The notes: a model not told the origin generated them from the sequence alone. Numbered from the stretch's first letter, positions 10,806-23,826 are shown. The stretch is DNA of 36,223 bases from Candidatus Paceibacter sp. (GCA_020724945.1 DYFX01000003.1:1-36223); one strand, 5' to 3'. Made by a program: numbers and translations.

Positions 10806-11456
10806 ATGACCATCCAGTTCCTGGGCGTTTCCTGCTTCAAGATCGCGACGAAAATCGGCAACGACGAGGTGACCATCGTGACCGATCCGTATTCCGACAA
10901 GGTCGGGAAGCTGCCGCGCAACCTTTCGGCCGACATCGTCACCATGAGCCGCCGCACGCACGAGCATCACAACAATCTCGAGGCGGTCGCCGCGGGCGCG
11001 TTCGTCATCGAGCATCCGGGCGAATACGAGGTGAAGGGCATCCCCATCTACGGCACGCCGGCGTCGCACGAGAAGCCCGAGCCGAAGGACTATCACAAGA
11101 ATGTCATCTTCCAGTTCACCGTCGACGACATGCGCATCGCGCACCTCGGCGGCCTCGACAAGCCGCTCACCGACGACCAGCTCGCCCAGCTCGGCGAGGT
11201 CGATGTGCTGATGATCCCCGTCGGCGGGGGAGACGTGCTCTCCGCGCAGGCCGCGGCCGATCTCGTGAGCCGCATGGAACCGCGCATCGTCATCCCGATG
11301 CATCATAAGATGAAGGACCTCGCGCTCTCCGCCGGAGCCGTCGAGCCGTTCGTGAAGGAAGTCGGCGCCAAGACCATCGAGACCGACAAGTGGAAGGTCC
11401 TGAAGAAGGACCTGCCCCAGGAGGAGACCTTCATCGTCCTCTTGTCCAAAGCCTAA
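10806..11456 (+). CDS. Metallo-beta-lactamase-fold hydrolase
   Basis: FLGVSCF, VTDPY, PGEYEVKG, IAHLG, VDVLMIPVGG, IVIPMH. Confidence 0.85.
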   Translation: MTIQFLGVSCFKIATKIGNDEVTIVTDPYSDKVGKLPRNLSADIVTMSRRTHEHHNNLEAVAAGAFVIEHPGEYEVKGIPIYGTPASHEKPEPKDYHKNVIFQFTVDDMRIAHLGGLDKPLTDDQLAQLGEVDVLMIPVGGGDVLSAQAAADLVSRMEPRIVIPMHHKMKDLALSAGAVEPFVKEVGAKTIETDKWKVLKKDLPQEETFIVLLSKA

Positions 11457-11464
11457 GACTCCCG

Positions 11465-11884
11465 ATGCCGCACGCGACGCACAAGGCCCGAAGGATCCAG
11501 ACGAGCGATGTCCCGCACGCGCCCGTTCGGCGTCGTCGCAGCCGCTTCGAGCAGCAGGCCCTGCTGGCGCTCGCGGTCGGCATCACGATGACGGCCATCG
11601 TCGGCCTGTATGCGGCGTCGTTCCGGTCGCGGTATCCCGTGATGCGCCTCGCGTCGGACACGCCCCGATGGTCGCTCCTCGACGAGGATCTCCTGGACCG
11701 CGCGGCGCCCGTCTATCGCGATTTGAGCGGCGTGAAAGCCTCGCTGCTGCGGCTGACGAGCGCCGGCAAGACGCACGCGGACGCCGCCGTCATCCTGAAA
11801 GCCAAGGTCCAGGAACGCGCCCGCGCCGCCGCGAGCGGAACCCCCGAGACCTCCGAACCCCCTGCTACTCCGGAAACGCCCTGA
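11465..11884 (+). CDS. Hypothetical single-TM protein
   Basis: Fills the gap between the MBL gene and gyrA; basic N-terminus followed by one hydrophobic helix. Confidence 0.6.
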   Translation: MPHATHKARRIQTSDVPHAPVRRRRSRFEQQALLALAVGITMTAIVGLYAASFRSRYPVMRLASDTPRWSLLDEDLLDRAAPVYRDLSGVKASLLRLTSAGKTHADAAVILKAKVQERARAAASGTPETSEPPATPETP

Positions 11885-11894
11885 AGCTCCCCAT

Positions 11895-14369
<2,475 letters not shown>

Positions 14370-14370
14370 C

Positions 14371-15141
14371 ATGAAAGCCTTCTTCGCCTGGATCCGGCAG
14401 TGGGCCCGCACGGCCTTCGAGGCCGCGAGCGACATCGCCTTCTACCGCCGCCTCGAAGGCCGGAAGACGGGCGAGGCGGTCGGCTACCTCGCGATGTTCG
14501 CGGTGGTCTGGACCGTCCCGCTCGCGGTGATGTTCTTCGTCGGGCTTCGCGACGCGGTGACCCGTTTCGCCGAAGGCGTCCGGACGGAAATCCCGCCCGG
14601 CACGGTCTTCGAGATGAAGGACGGCAAGCTCTCGAACGATCTCCAGGAACCGCTCGTCATCCGCGGCAGCGATGCCGTGATCGTCGTGAACACCGCCACC
14701 TCGACGCTCGGACTCCAGGAGGGGGAGAGCGGACTCGTCGTCGGCGCCGACGGCATCGAGCCGAGTCCCGATGTCGGGGCCGACCGCGTGGACTTCGCGC
14801 GCGCCCCCGACTTCCGCGTCGACCGCGAGGGCCTGATGGGATGGATCGCGCGCTGGGGGCCGTTCCTGCTCTTCCTCGCGTCGCTGGCCACCCTCGTCCT
14901 CATGTTCCTGGCGTTCTGGGCGGGCTTCCTGCTGAACGCGCTGGTGCACGGTTTCGCGCTGTGGCTCGTCCTCAAGCTGATCAGGCGCCCGCGCCGCTGG
15001 CGCGCGTCGTTCGTCGCCGCCGCCTATGCCGGCACGGCGCCGATCGTCCTGGGGATGCTGTTCAACGGCGTCGAGGCGCTCGCCTTCGTGCCCGGCATCG
15101 TCTACTGGGGCTTCGTCGCGTGGATCGCGTACGACGCCTAG
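14371..15141 (+). CDS. Membrane protein, DUF1189-like
   Basis: N-terminal TM, soluble loop (FEMKDGKL), several C-terminal TMs; family assigned from recalled architecture. Confidence 0.6.
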   Translation: MKAFFAWIRQWARTAFEAASDIAFYRRLEGRKTGEAVGYLAMFAVVWTVPLAVMFFVGLRDAVTRFAEGVRTEIPPGTVFEMKDGKLSNDLQEPLVIRGSDAVIVVNTATSTLGLQEGESGLVVGADGIEPSPDVGADRVDFARAPDFRVDREGLMGWIARWGPFLLFLASLATLVLMFLAFWAGFLLNALVHGFALWLVLKLIRRPRRWRASFVAAAYAGTAPIVLGMLFNGVEALAFVPGIVYWGFVAWIAYDA

Positions 15142-15157
15142 AAGAAGGGAGGTCCGC

Positions 15158-15478
15158 ATGAGCCGAAAGAAGCCGTCGACCGCCCTCATGGCGATCGACA
15201 GGATCCTGCCTGAAGCCGCCGCCCGCGCGATGTACGATTGGCGCCGCGCCTTCGGCACGCCGCCGACGCAGATGCGTCTCGGCGTGGACGCGCGCGGGAA
15301 CCTCGCGATCGATCTCGCCGACCCGAAGGCCGTCCGGCCGGGGGAGTCCTACCTCGTGGTCGAGTCGCTCACGAGCCGCATCGTCGGCGTGCTCCGCGAC
15401 GGCGCGCTCGACGCCGAGCCGCAGCACCTTCCGCCGTCGAGCGCCGCCTGCACGCTCTTCCGCGCCGCGAAAGCCTAG
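15158..15478 (+). CDS. Hypothetical protein
   Basis: GGAGGT SD before ATG 15158; terminator starts within the stop. Confidence 0.65.
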   Translation: MSRKKPSTALMAIDRILPEAAARAMYDWRRAFGTPPTQMRLGVDARGNLAIDLADPKAVRPGESYLVVESLTSRIVGVLRDGALDAEPQHLPPSSAACTLFRAAKA

Positions 15479-15544
15479 GCCCTCCCTTGCGCGGAGGGCC
15501 TTTTTTCGTCTAAGGTGCGGGCAGTTCCTTGGAAGGAGGCCGTC
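15477..15544 (+). terminator. Terminator overlapping the next promoter, boxA-like element and SD
   Basis: AGGCCCTCC-CTTGCGC-GGAGGGCCT followed by TTTTTCGT; TTGCGC(15487)-18-TAAGGT(15511); GTTCCTTGGAA at 15524; AGGAGG. Confidence 0.7.
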
Positions 15545-16645
15545 ATGGCCGAAGGACTCGTTTCACGGTTCCAGAAGCGCCGCGCCGAGAAGCGCGTGAA
15601 GAAGATCGCCATGTTCGGCAACGCCAAGAAGGCGGGGTTGGGCATGGACCGCGAGAAGCTCAAGGCGGATGTCGAGAAGACGCTCCGCAAGCATTTCCCG
15701 ACCAAGCCTGTCCTGGGCCACTCCGCCTATGTCGAGCTGAACCTGACGCGCGATCTCGACGAGCTCGCCGAGGCCAAGGAGCGCACGATGCGGGACGACC
15801 CGCCGGAGATCGTCGTCCTCTTCGGCGGCGACGGCACGACGCAGAAGACGCTGGGCGAGGACGAGGAGTTCCTCCGCTACCTGACGCATGATCCGGAGCG
15901 CGCTCCGGAAGTCATCGTCATCGGCGGCGGCACCAAGAATGTCGTCCCGACGGCGCTGAAGCTCCTCGGCCGCGACCCGATCGCCGCGCTCGATGTCATC
16001 TGCCAGAAGATCAACCGCGGTTTCCCGCGCGAGGTCCGTCCGTGCCCGATCCTGCGCATCAACGACCGCCACGGTTTCATCTACGGCGCGGGCCTGCCCG
16101 TCAACGCGCTCGACGAGTACTACCGGCACGAGGCCGGCCGTTGGCGCGCGAGCAAGGCCGGCGCCTCGATCCTGTGGCGCGAGACGCTGGGGCGCCTGTC
16201 GCCCTGGCGGCGCCCGTCGGTCTTCCGGAAGTTCGGAGCGACCGTCTCCACCCGCGGCGCGGACGGAGGCGACGGCGCGATCGCGATGACGAGCTTCAAC
16301 GCGGTCATCGCCTCGTCGCTCCGCGAGATCCACTCGGTGCTCAAGGTCACCCATCGCGCCGGAGAGCGCCTCGCGTGCTTCCACGCCGTCTGCAACAGCA
16401 ACGGCTTCCTGCGCAGCGCCATGAACCTGCCGGCGTTTTTCAGCAAGGACTTCCCGCTGCTCGGCTCCGCGGAGGAGGTTGTCACCGACCGCATGGTCAT
16501 CCGCTACAAGGAGCCGATGCGGCACACCATCGATGGCGAGATCTACGACTCCACGGCCAAGCTCGGCAGGTCAGTCCTGTCCGAGGAGGGCGAGGAGGTC
16601 GTCGTCATCGAGACCGGACCGTACATCAAGTTCGTCCGCGCCTGA
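15545..16645 (+). CDS. Diacylglycerol/lipid kinase family protein
   Basis: GGDGT, GGGTKN and IDGE motifs of the DAGK/YegS family. Confidence 0.8.
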   Translation: MAEGLVSRFQKRRAEKRVKKIAMFGNAKKAGLGMDREKLKADVEKTLRKHFPTKPVLGHSAYVELNLTRDLDELAEAKERTMRDDPPEIVVLFGGDGTTQKTLGEDEEFLRYLTHDPERAPEVIVIGGGTKNVVPTALKLLGRDPIAALDVICQKINRGFPREVRPCPILRINDRHGFIYGAGLPVNALDEYYRHEAGRWRASKAGASILWRETLGRLSPWRRPSVFRKFGATVSTRGADGGDGAIAMTSFNAVIASSLREIHSVLKVTHRAGERLACFHAVCNSNGFLRSAMNLPAFFSKDFPLLGSAEEVVTDRMVIRYKEPMRHTIDGEIYDSTAKLGRSVLSEEGEEVVVIETGPYIKFVRA

Positions 16646-16672
16646 TCCCGGCCCTCGCGCCGGGATTTTTTT
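16645..16672 (+). terminator. Intrinsic terminator
   Basis: ATCCCGGC-CCTCGC-GCCGGGAT followed by a T-run; starts within TGA. Confidence 0.85.
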
Positions 16673-16715
16673 AAGGCGAAACGGCGTCGCGGAGGCTTGC
16701 GAGGAGGGGGAGGGC

Positions 16716-16744
16716 TTGCCAAAACCCCGGAGTGCCGCTACACT
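16716..16744 (+). promoter_or_regulatory. sigma70 promoter of rpmF-nusB-rnc
   Basis: TTGCCA-17-TACACT. Confidence 0.7.
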
Positions 16745-16771
16745 GCCCGTGTCATTTATCGTATACTGACT

Positions 16772-16960
16772 ATGGGTCTCCCCGGACATCGCCGGACTTC
16801 CTCGCACAAGCGCCGCCGCGCCGCTCACTTCGCCCTCGGCAAGAAGCAGCTCACGGAATGCGCCAAGTGCAAGAAGCCGGTCCAGCCCCACAAAGCTTGC
16901 GCCTTCTGCGGCACCTACAAGGGCCGCCAAGTGCTCAAGACCAAGGCTTCCAAGAAATAG
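16772..16960 (+). CDS. rpmF: 50S ribosomal protein L32
   Basis: 62 aa, basic, CxxC-x9-CxxC, CGTYKGR. Confidence 0.95.
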   Translation: MGLPGHRRTSSHKRRRAAHFALGKKQLTECAKCKKPVQPHKACAFCGTYKGRQVLKTKASKK

Positions 16961-16994
16961 ATGTACTTTCAGTGAGGTAACGCGTCAGCCCTTT

Positions 16995-17513
16995 ATGTCC
17001 AACCGCCATCTCGCCCGGACCGTCGCCATGCAAACCCTGTATGAACGGGATTTTCACGGCGGCAAGATGGAAGATCCCGACGCCGCCTGCGCGCGCAACT
17101 TGGAAGAGTTCGCGCCTGGCCTCGACGACAAGGGCTTCGCCAAGGAGCTCGTGGTCGGCGTGTTGAAGCATCAGAAGGACATCGACGCGACCATCACCAA
17201 GTACGCCCCTGCGTGGCCGTTGCCGCAGATCACGATCGTCGATCGGAACATCCTCCGTATCGGCGTTTTTGAACTCAAGCATTCGGACACCGTCCCCTCC
17301 AAGGTCGCCATCAACGAGGCCATCGAGATGGCCAAGACCTTCGGCGGCGAATCCTCCGGCAAGTTCGTGAACGGCGTCCTCGGCGCCATCTTCAAGGACA
17401 TGATCGCGAGCGGCTCCATCAAGGAGGTCGACAAGCAGGAACCGAAGAAGAAAGAGGAGGGCGACGAGGCGGACAAGAAGGAGGAAAAGGCTCCTGCCGC
17501 CGAAGAGTCCTGA
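16995..17513 (+). CDS. nusB: Transcription antitermination factor NusB
   Basis: [35 protein letters not shown]. Confidence 0.96.
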   Translation: MSNRHLARTVAMQTLYERDFHGGKMEDPDAACARNLEEFAPGLDDKGFAKELVVGVLKHQKDIDATITKYAPAWPLPQITIVDRNILRIGVFELKHSDTVPSKVAINEAIEMAKTFGGESSGKFVNGVLGAIFKDMIASGSIKEVDKQEPKKKEEGDEADKKEEKAPAAEES

Positions 17514-17603
17514 TCGCGACTTAACTCACCGCGTTTCTGCGGCGATGCGTGCCTGTCGATCCCGACGGGACTTGTCGCTACGGAAAGGCGCGCACCGCGC
17601 ACC

Positions 17604-18296
17604 ATGAAAGACTTCTCCAAGTTCGAGGAGAAGATCGGCGTCCAGTTCAAGGACCGGGATCTTCTCGTCCAGGCGTTCGTCCACCGTTCCTATCTCAACG
17701 AGCATCCGGATTTCCGGCTCGGGCACAACGAACGGCTCGAGTTCCTCGGCGACGCCGTCGTCGAGCTCGTCGTCACCGAATACCTCTACGCCAACTATCC
17801 GAATCCCGAAGGCGAGCTGACCAACTGGCGCGCCGCCTTGGTCAACGCCAACACGCTGGCGCTCATCGCGCAGCACGACCTCGGGATGGAGGAATACCTG
17901 TACCTCTCGCGCGGCGAGGCGAAGGACTCCGGTTCCAAGGCCCGCTCCTACATCCTGGCCAACGCCATCGAGGCGCTCATCGGCGCGATGTACCTCGACC
18001 GGGGGATGGATGTCGTCAGCGACTTCATCAGGCGCTTCGTCCTCTCCAAGCTCGACGAGATCCTGGAGAAGAAGCTCTACATCGACCCCAAGAGCCGCTT
18101 CCAGGAAGCCGCGCAGGAGAGCTCCGGCGTCACGCCGTCGTACCGCGTGCTCTCCGAGACCGGACCCGACCATGCCAAGGAGTTCGATGTCGGCGTCTAC
18201 CTCGGTTCCGAGCTCGTCGCCACCGGCAAGGGCTCCTCCAAGCAGGACGCGCAGATCGAAGCCGCGCGGAAGGCGCTGGAAGTGAAGGGGTGGTAG
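17604..18296 (+). CDS. rnc: Ribonuclease III
   Basis: NERLEFLGDAV signature and C-terminal dsRBD. Confidence 0.98.
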   Translation: MKDFSKFEEKIGVQFKDRDLLVQAFVHRSYLNEHPDFRLGHNERLEFLGDAVVELVVTEYLYANYPNPEGELTNWRAALVNANTLALIAQHDLGMEEYLYLSRGEAKDSGSKARSYILANAIEALIGAMYLDRGMDVVSDFIRRFVLSKLDEILEKKLYIDPKSRFQEAAQESSGVTPSYRVLSETGPDHAKEFDVGVYLGSELVATGKGSSKQDAQIEAARKALEVKGW

Positions 18297-18300
18297 GCGC

Positions 18301-18341
18301 AGGGGCCGGTCATACCGGCCTCTTTTCGTTTGTAGTATACT
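18301..18341 (+). terminator. rnc terminator followed by the pilT -10 box
   Basis: AGGGGCCGGT-CAT-ACCGGCCTCT followed by TTTCGTTT; TATACT at 18336, 8 nt before the ATG. Confidence 0.7.
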
Positions 18342-18349
18342 GGGCCCAT

Positions 18350-19393
18350 ATGCTCACCGCTCCCTCGTTGTTCGGCGCCGCCGCGCAGAAAGGCGCGTCG
18401 GACCTGCACCTGCTCGTCGGACACCGGCCGATCCTCCGCGTCACCGGAGAGCTCTTCGACATCGAAGCCGAGGAGGTCCTGACGGACGCCGCGATGGAGA
18501 AGATCATCCGGCAGGTCGCCACGCCGGAGCAGTTCGAGCGCTTCCGCATCGAGAAGGAGCTCGACCTCGCCTACGGCGTCGAGGGCGCGCGTTTCCGCGT
18601 GAACCTGCACTGGGAGAAGGGGCACATCGGCCTGGCCGCGCGTACCATCCCCCAGGAGATCCCGACGATGCAGCAGCTCGGACTGCCGCCGGTCATCCAG
18701 GGCTTCACCGACCTGCCGCACGGGCTCATCCTCGTGACCGGCCCGACCGGCGCCGGCAAGTCCACCACGCTCGCCGCCAAGGTCGACTACATCAACGAGA
18801 GCCGCCGCGTGAACATCATCACGCTCGAAGACCCCGTCGAGTTCCTCTTCACGCCCAAGCAATCCATCATCCGCCAGCGCCAGCTCGAATCGGACATGGT
18901 CACCTTCGCCGAAGGCCTGAAGCATGTGCTGCGCCAGGACCCGGATGTCGTCATGGTCGGCGAGATGCGCGACCTCGACACCATCGCCACCACGCTGACT
19001 CTCGCCGAGACGGGCCACCTCGTCTTCGCCACGCTCCACACCTACTCGGCGCCGCAGACCATCTCGCGCATCATCGATGTCTTCCCGCCGTTCCAGCAGA
19101 CGCAGATCCGCCTCCAGCTCGCCATGACGCTCCGCGGCGTCGTCTCCCAGCAGCTCCTGCCGCGCGTCGGCGGAGGCCTGATCGCCACGCGCGAGGTGCT
19201 GGTCAACACGCCGGCCTGCGCCAACCTCATCCGCGAGAACAAGGTGGAGCAGATCAAGAACGTCATCCAGACCGGCGCCGCCGTCGGCATGGTGTCGTAC
19301 GCGCAGGACATCAAGCGCATGGTGAAGGAGGGCCTCATCACCGCCGAGACCGCCGAGAACTACCTGATCGCCAGCAACGAGAACCAGAAGTGA
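18350..19393 (+). CDS. pilT: Type IV pilus retraction ATPase PilT
   Basis: ASDLHL, RFRVN, GPTGAGKSTT, EDPVE, RQDPD, GEMRD, AETGHL, ATLHT; start reassigned to ATG 18350. Confidence 0.93.
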   Translation: MLTAPSLFGAAAQKGASDLHLLVGHRPILRVTGELFDIEAEEVLTDAAMEKIIRQVATPEQFERFRIEKELDLAYGVEGARFRVNLHWEKGHIGLAARTIPQEIPTMQQLGLPPVIQGFTDLPHGLILVTGPTGAGKSTTLAAKVDYINESRRVNIITLEDPVEFLFTPKQSIIRQRQLESDMVTFAEGLKHVLRQDPDVVMVGEMRDLDTIATTLTLAETGHLVFATLHTYSAPQTISRIIDVFPPFQQTQIRLQLAMTLRGVVSQQLLPRVGGGLIATREVLVNTPACANLIRENKVEQIKNVIQTGAAVGMVSYAQDIKRMVKEGLITAETAENYLIASNENQK

Positions 19394-19399
19394 CGCGCG

Positions 19400-19432
19400 A
19401 AGAGGCCCGGACATCCCGGGCCTCTTGCTTTT
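19400..19432 (+). terminator. Intrinsic terminator after pilT
   Basis: AAGAGGCCCGG-ACATC-CCGGGCCTCTT followed by GCTTTT. Confidence 0.75.
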
Positions 19433-19488
19433 GACGCGGAGGCGGCAGGCGGGTAGGGTAGAGCCGCTCTTTCCACCTGGAGGTCCGC
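19431..19488 (+). promoter_or_regulatory. sigma70 promoter, boxA-like element and SD
   Basis: TTGACG(19431)-17-TAGGGT(19454); GCTCTTTCCAC at 19466; GGAGGT at 19479. Confidence 0.7.
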
Positions 19489-20697
19489 ATGCGCCGCTTC
19501 ATCGCTTTGACCGCCCTCGCGTTCGCCGCCTGCGGCGACAACGACCGCCTTTCCGACCCGATCGACATGGTCTATCGCGTCACCGTCACGGAGTTGGAGG
19601 ACAGCTGCGACGACGGCTCCCTGGCGGGGCCCGAGACCGCCTTCGTCGACGCGCGCCTGCATGCCGACGGCACGGTCGAGCTGGTCGAGCGCAGCCTCTG
19701 GATCCCCGGACCCGGAGCGTACCCGTCCATCCGCGTGCACGGCGGCGTCGTCGACTACGACGCCCAGCGCGCGTCGGCCTACACCGAGAAGGTGTTCCCA
19801 TACCATATCGGAGGGACGCTCACGACGGAGGCGATGGACCTGACGCTCACGGAGCATTGGTACCGCCAGCCGGATTTCACCGACTGCGTGCGCATCGTGC
19901 GCATGCGGGGCGCGCCGCGCGGGTTCCTCGATCCCGCGGACCTCGACGGCATCTACGAGATCGATGTCGCCTATTACGGCGAGATCTGCGGAAGCGATCC
20001 GCTCCCGTCCGTCCCGGAGGGCCGCCAGGTCCTCCTGCTCGACGCCGATCCGCGCCCTGACACGCTGACGCTGTGGATCGAGTCGTACATCGGCATGAAC
20101 GCCGATCTTCCCGGCGGCGACGGCCGCATCGACTGGGACGGTCCGATGACCGTCTCGACCATCGAAGGCTATGTCGGGACGACCGGCGGCCTGCACGGCC
20201 GGTTCGGACCCGCCGAGGTCGACGCCGAACTGTCGTTCCGCCTCCCGGGACAGGCGGCGGACTGCGCGTATCGCTACGCGCTCACGGGCGCCAAGCGCCC
20301 GTCGACCGCGACGGAGCCGCAAGGCGACTACCGCGTCGTCTTCCGCGTCCGCGACGGCTGCGAAGGCCGCACCGAGACGCGCGAGTCCCATGTCACGCTC
20401 GTCCGCCAGCGCGCCGACCTCATGGAAGTCCGCGACAGCTTCGGCCTCTGGTTCATCCCGATCGACGGCGACGCCCTTTCCGCGACCGATTCCGGACCGG
20501 GCGTCGTCGCGACCTTCGAAGGCGCGGCGACGCCGCCGTACCTCTCGTACACCGTCGCGTTCACCTACGGCGAAGGCGCCGACGCCTGCACCTACGCCTG
20601 GGATGTCGACGGCGTCGCCCGCTACCATCCGCACGAGCCGTGGGAACCCGCCTTCCCGCCCGATCCGACCCGCACCGCGCCCGACCTCGACCCGTGA
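19489..20697 (+). CDS. Putative lipoprotein with three tandem beta-rich repeats
   Basis: MRRFIALTALAFAA-C lipobox; three ~120-aa repeats with two Cys each. Confidence 0.75.
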   Translation: MRRFIALTALAFAACGDNDRLSDPIDMVYRVTVTELEDSCDDGSLAGPETAFVDARLHADGTVELVERSLWIPGPGAYPSIRVHGGVVDYDAQRASAYTEKVFPYHIGGTLTTEAMDLTLTEHWYRQPDFTDCVRIVRMRGAPRGFLDPADLDGIYEIDVAYYGEICGSDPLPSVPEGRQVLLLDADPRPDTLTLWIESYIGMNADLPGGDGRIDWDGPMTVSTIEGYVGTTGGLHGRFGPAEVDAELSFRLPGQAADCAYRYALTGAKRPSTATEPQGDYRVVFRVRDGCEGRTETRESHVTLVRQRADLMEVRDSFGLWFIPIDGDALSATDSGPGVVATFEGAATPPYLSYTVAFTYGEGADACTYAWDVDGVARYHPHEPWEPAFPPDPTRTAPDLDP

Positions 20698-20760
20698 CCT
20701 CCCCGGTCGCGGGCTTTTCTTTTGGAACGAAAAACACGCCCGTTCAGGGCATGTCATTCA

Positions 20761-20836
20761 TGGTGCGTCGGCTGGGGGTCGAACCCAGGACCTTAGGCTT
20801 AAGAGGCCTCTGCTCTACCGGCTGAGCTACCGACGC
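20761..20836 (-). tRNA. tRNA-Lys (anticodon CUU)
   Basis: Acceptor GCGTCGG/CCGACGC, TAGCTCAG D-arm, loop CT-CTT-AA, GTTCGA T-loop, encoded CCA. Confidence 0.95.
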
Positions 20837-20891
20837 ACGGACGATTTCCACAAACGGATACTATACGGCCCCGCGAAAAGAATCAAGACCC

Positions 20892-20966
20892 TGGTGCGGG
20901 CGGAGGGAATCGAACCCCCATAGCCGGTTCCGAAGACCGGTGCTCTATCCGTTGAGCTACGCCCGC
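20892..20966 (-). tRNA. tRNA-Arg (anticodon UCG)
   Basis: Acceptor GCGGGCG/CGCCCGC, anticodon arm CCGGT-CT-TCG-GA-ACCGG, GTTCGA, encoded CCA. Confidence 0.95.
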
Positions 20967-20976
20967 CAGCCAGGGA

Positions 20977-21005
20977 ACGATAGCGGATTTGAACGGGATT
21001 TTCAA
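20977..21005 (-). promoter_or_regulatory. tRNA promoter
   Basis: TTGAAA-17-TATCGT on the minus strand. Confidence 0.65.
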
Positions 21006-21012
21006 GTCCGGG

Positions 21013-21040
21013 ACGAAAAAAACCGCCGGTCAGGCGGTTT
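21013..21040 (-). terminator. gmk terminator
   Basis: AAACCGCC-TGACC-GGCGGTTT followed by TTTTCGT; stop codon lies in the loop. Confidence 0.75.
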
Positions 21041-21605
21041 CGGAATACGGACGGAGGATGCGGAGGACATCTTGGATGCAGTCTTCCAGGTATCCGTGCC
21101 GGTTCGTGACGACATGATCGCACTCGACGGCGGCGGCGATCTCGCCGGGGGCGGCGGCCAGGCGCTTCGCGATGTCCTCCTCCTTCATCGGCGGGACGCG
21201 GGCGCGGAGGCGCGGCTCGAGGTCCCCGAAGTCGCCGGGCCTGATGAAGATCGCCACGGCTTCGGGCATCAGCTTCTTGATGATGCGGGCGCCCTGGATC
21301 TCGACGATCTTGATGGCGAGGGGAGAGGCTTCCAGCGCGCGTCGGAGGCCGGAACGCGAGGTCCCGTACCAGTGCTGCGAGTACTGTGCGTGCTCGAAGA
21401 AGTCGCCTTCCGCGGCCTTCCGCTGGAACTCCTCGCAGGAGAGGAAGTGCATGTCGACGCCGGGCGTCTCCTTCGTGCGCGGGGCGCGGCAGGTGGTGGA
21501 GAGCACATGGATGGCGTCGGGACGCCGCGCGAGCACCTCCGCGAGGACGGAGCTCTTGCCGACCGCGGTCGGCCCGATGATCAGGACGAACGTTCCGATC
21601 GGCAT
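21030..21605 (-). CDS. gmk: Guanylate kinase
   Basis: IIGPTAVGKS P-loop, STTCRAPR, E..GVDMHF, F.EHA.Y..HWYGT. Confidence 0.88.
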   Translation of the reverse strand: MPIGTFVLIIGPTAVGKSSVLAEVLARRPDAIHVLSTTCRAPRTKETPGVDMHFLSCEEFQRKAAEGDFFEHAQYSQHWYGTSRSGLRRALEASPLAIKIVEIQGARIIKKLMPEAVAIFIRPGDFGDLEPRLRARVPPMKEEDIAKRLAAAPGEIAAAVECDHVVTNRHGYLEDCIQDVLRILRPYSETA

Positions 21606-21642
21606 GGCGGCCTCCTTTCAATGAGCCGCCAGGAGCTTACCA
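21606..21642 (-). promoter_or_regulatory. Extended -10, boxA-like element and SD of gmk
   Basis: TGG-TAAGCT; GCTCATTGAAA (21626-21616); AGGAGG. Confidence 0.6.
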
Positions 21643-21644
21643 CA

Positions 21645-21673
21645 TTGAATTCCCGTCCTGATTCCGCTACACT
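21645..21673 (+). promoter_or_regulatory. sigma70 promoter divergent from gmk
   Basis: TTGAAT-17-TACACT. Confidence 0.65.
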
Positions 21674-21685
21674 GTGGACAAGTCT

Positions 21686-21883
21686 ATGAGGACCAAGCTT
21701 CTGAAATGCAGCGATTTCGGCCTCGAGTGCGACGCGGAATTCCGCGGCGCGACGGTCGAGGAGGTCTTGGAGCAGGTCAAGAAACACGGCATGGAGGCCC
21801 ACGGGCAGACCGCCGAGCAGGTCAACTCCGAGGCCGTGATGCAGATCGCCGCGACCAAGACCCGCGACGAGGACGGTTCCTGA
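21686..21883 (+). CDS. Small metal-binding protein, DUF1059-like
   Basis: LKCSDFGLEC..EFRG.T.EEVL....KHGMEAHG pattern. Confidence 0.8.
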   Translation: MRTKLLKCSDFGLECDAEFRGATVEEVLEQVKKHGMEAHGQTAEQVNSEAVMQIAATKTRDEDGS

Positions 21884-21930
21884 ACCGCGCTCCCGGCCGC
21901 GCTCCGTGACCGCGATGCGGTTTCACGGAG

Positions 21931-21959
21931 TTGACAAAGCCGGGGCTTCAGGCTATCTT
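21931..21959 (+). promoter_or_regulatory. typA promoter
   Basis: TTGACA-17-TATCTT. Confidence 0.75.
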
Positions 21960-22012
21960 GAGGCGTCGAGAATCCGACCCTGTCGGATTTTCATTTTCGC
22001 CGAAAACACCCT

Positions 22013-23818
<1,806 letters not shown>

Positions 23819-23826
23819 GGAAGACG

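Noticed and set aside
17549-18349. 614-aa ORF suggesting a PilT with a long N-terminal extension
   Set aside because: The extension overlaps rnc in another frame and crosses its terminator. PilT homology and a -10 box support the start at 18350.
19431-20836. Lipoprotein gene next to the tRNA-Lys 3' end as an integrated element
   Set aside because: I found no duplicated tRNA 3' end (att site) and no recombinase nearby.
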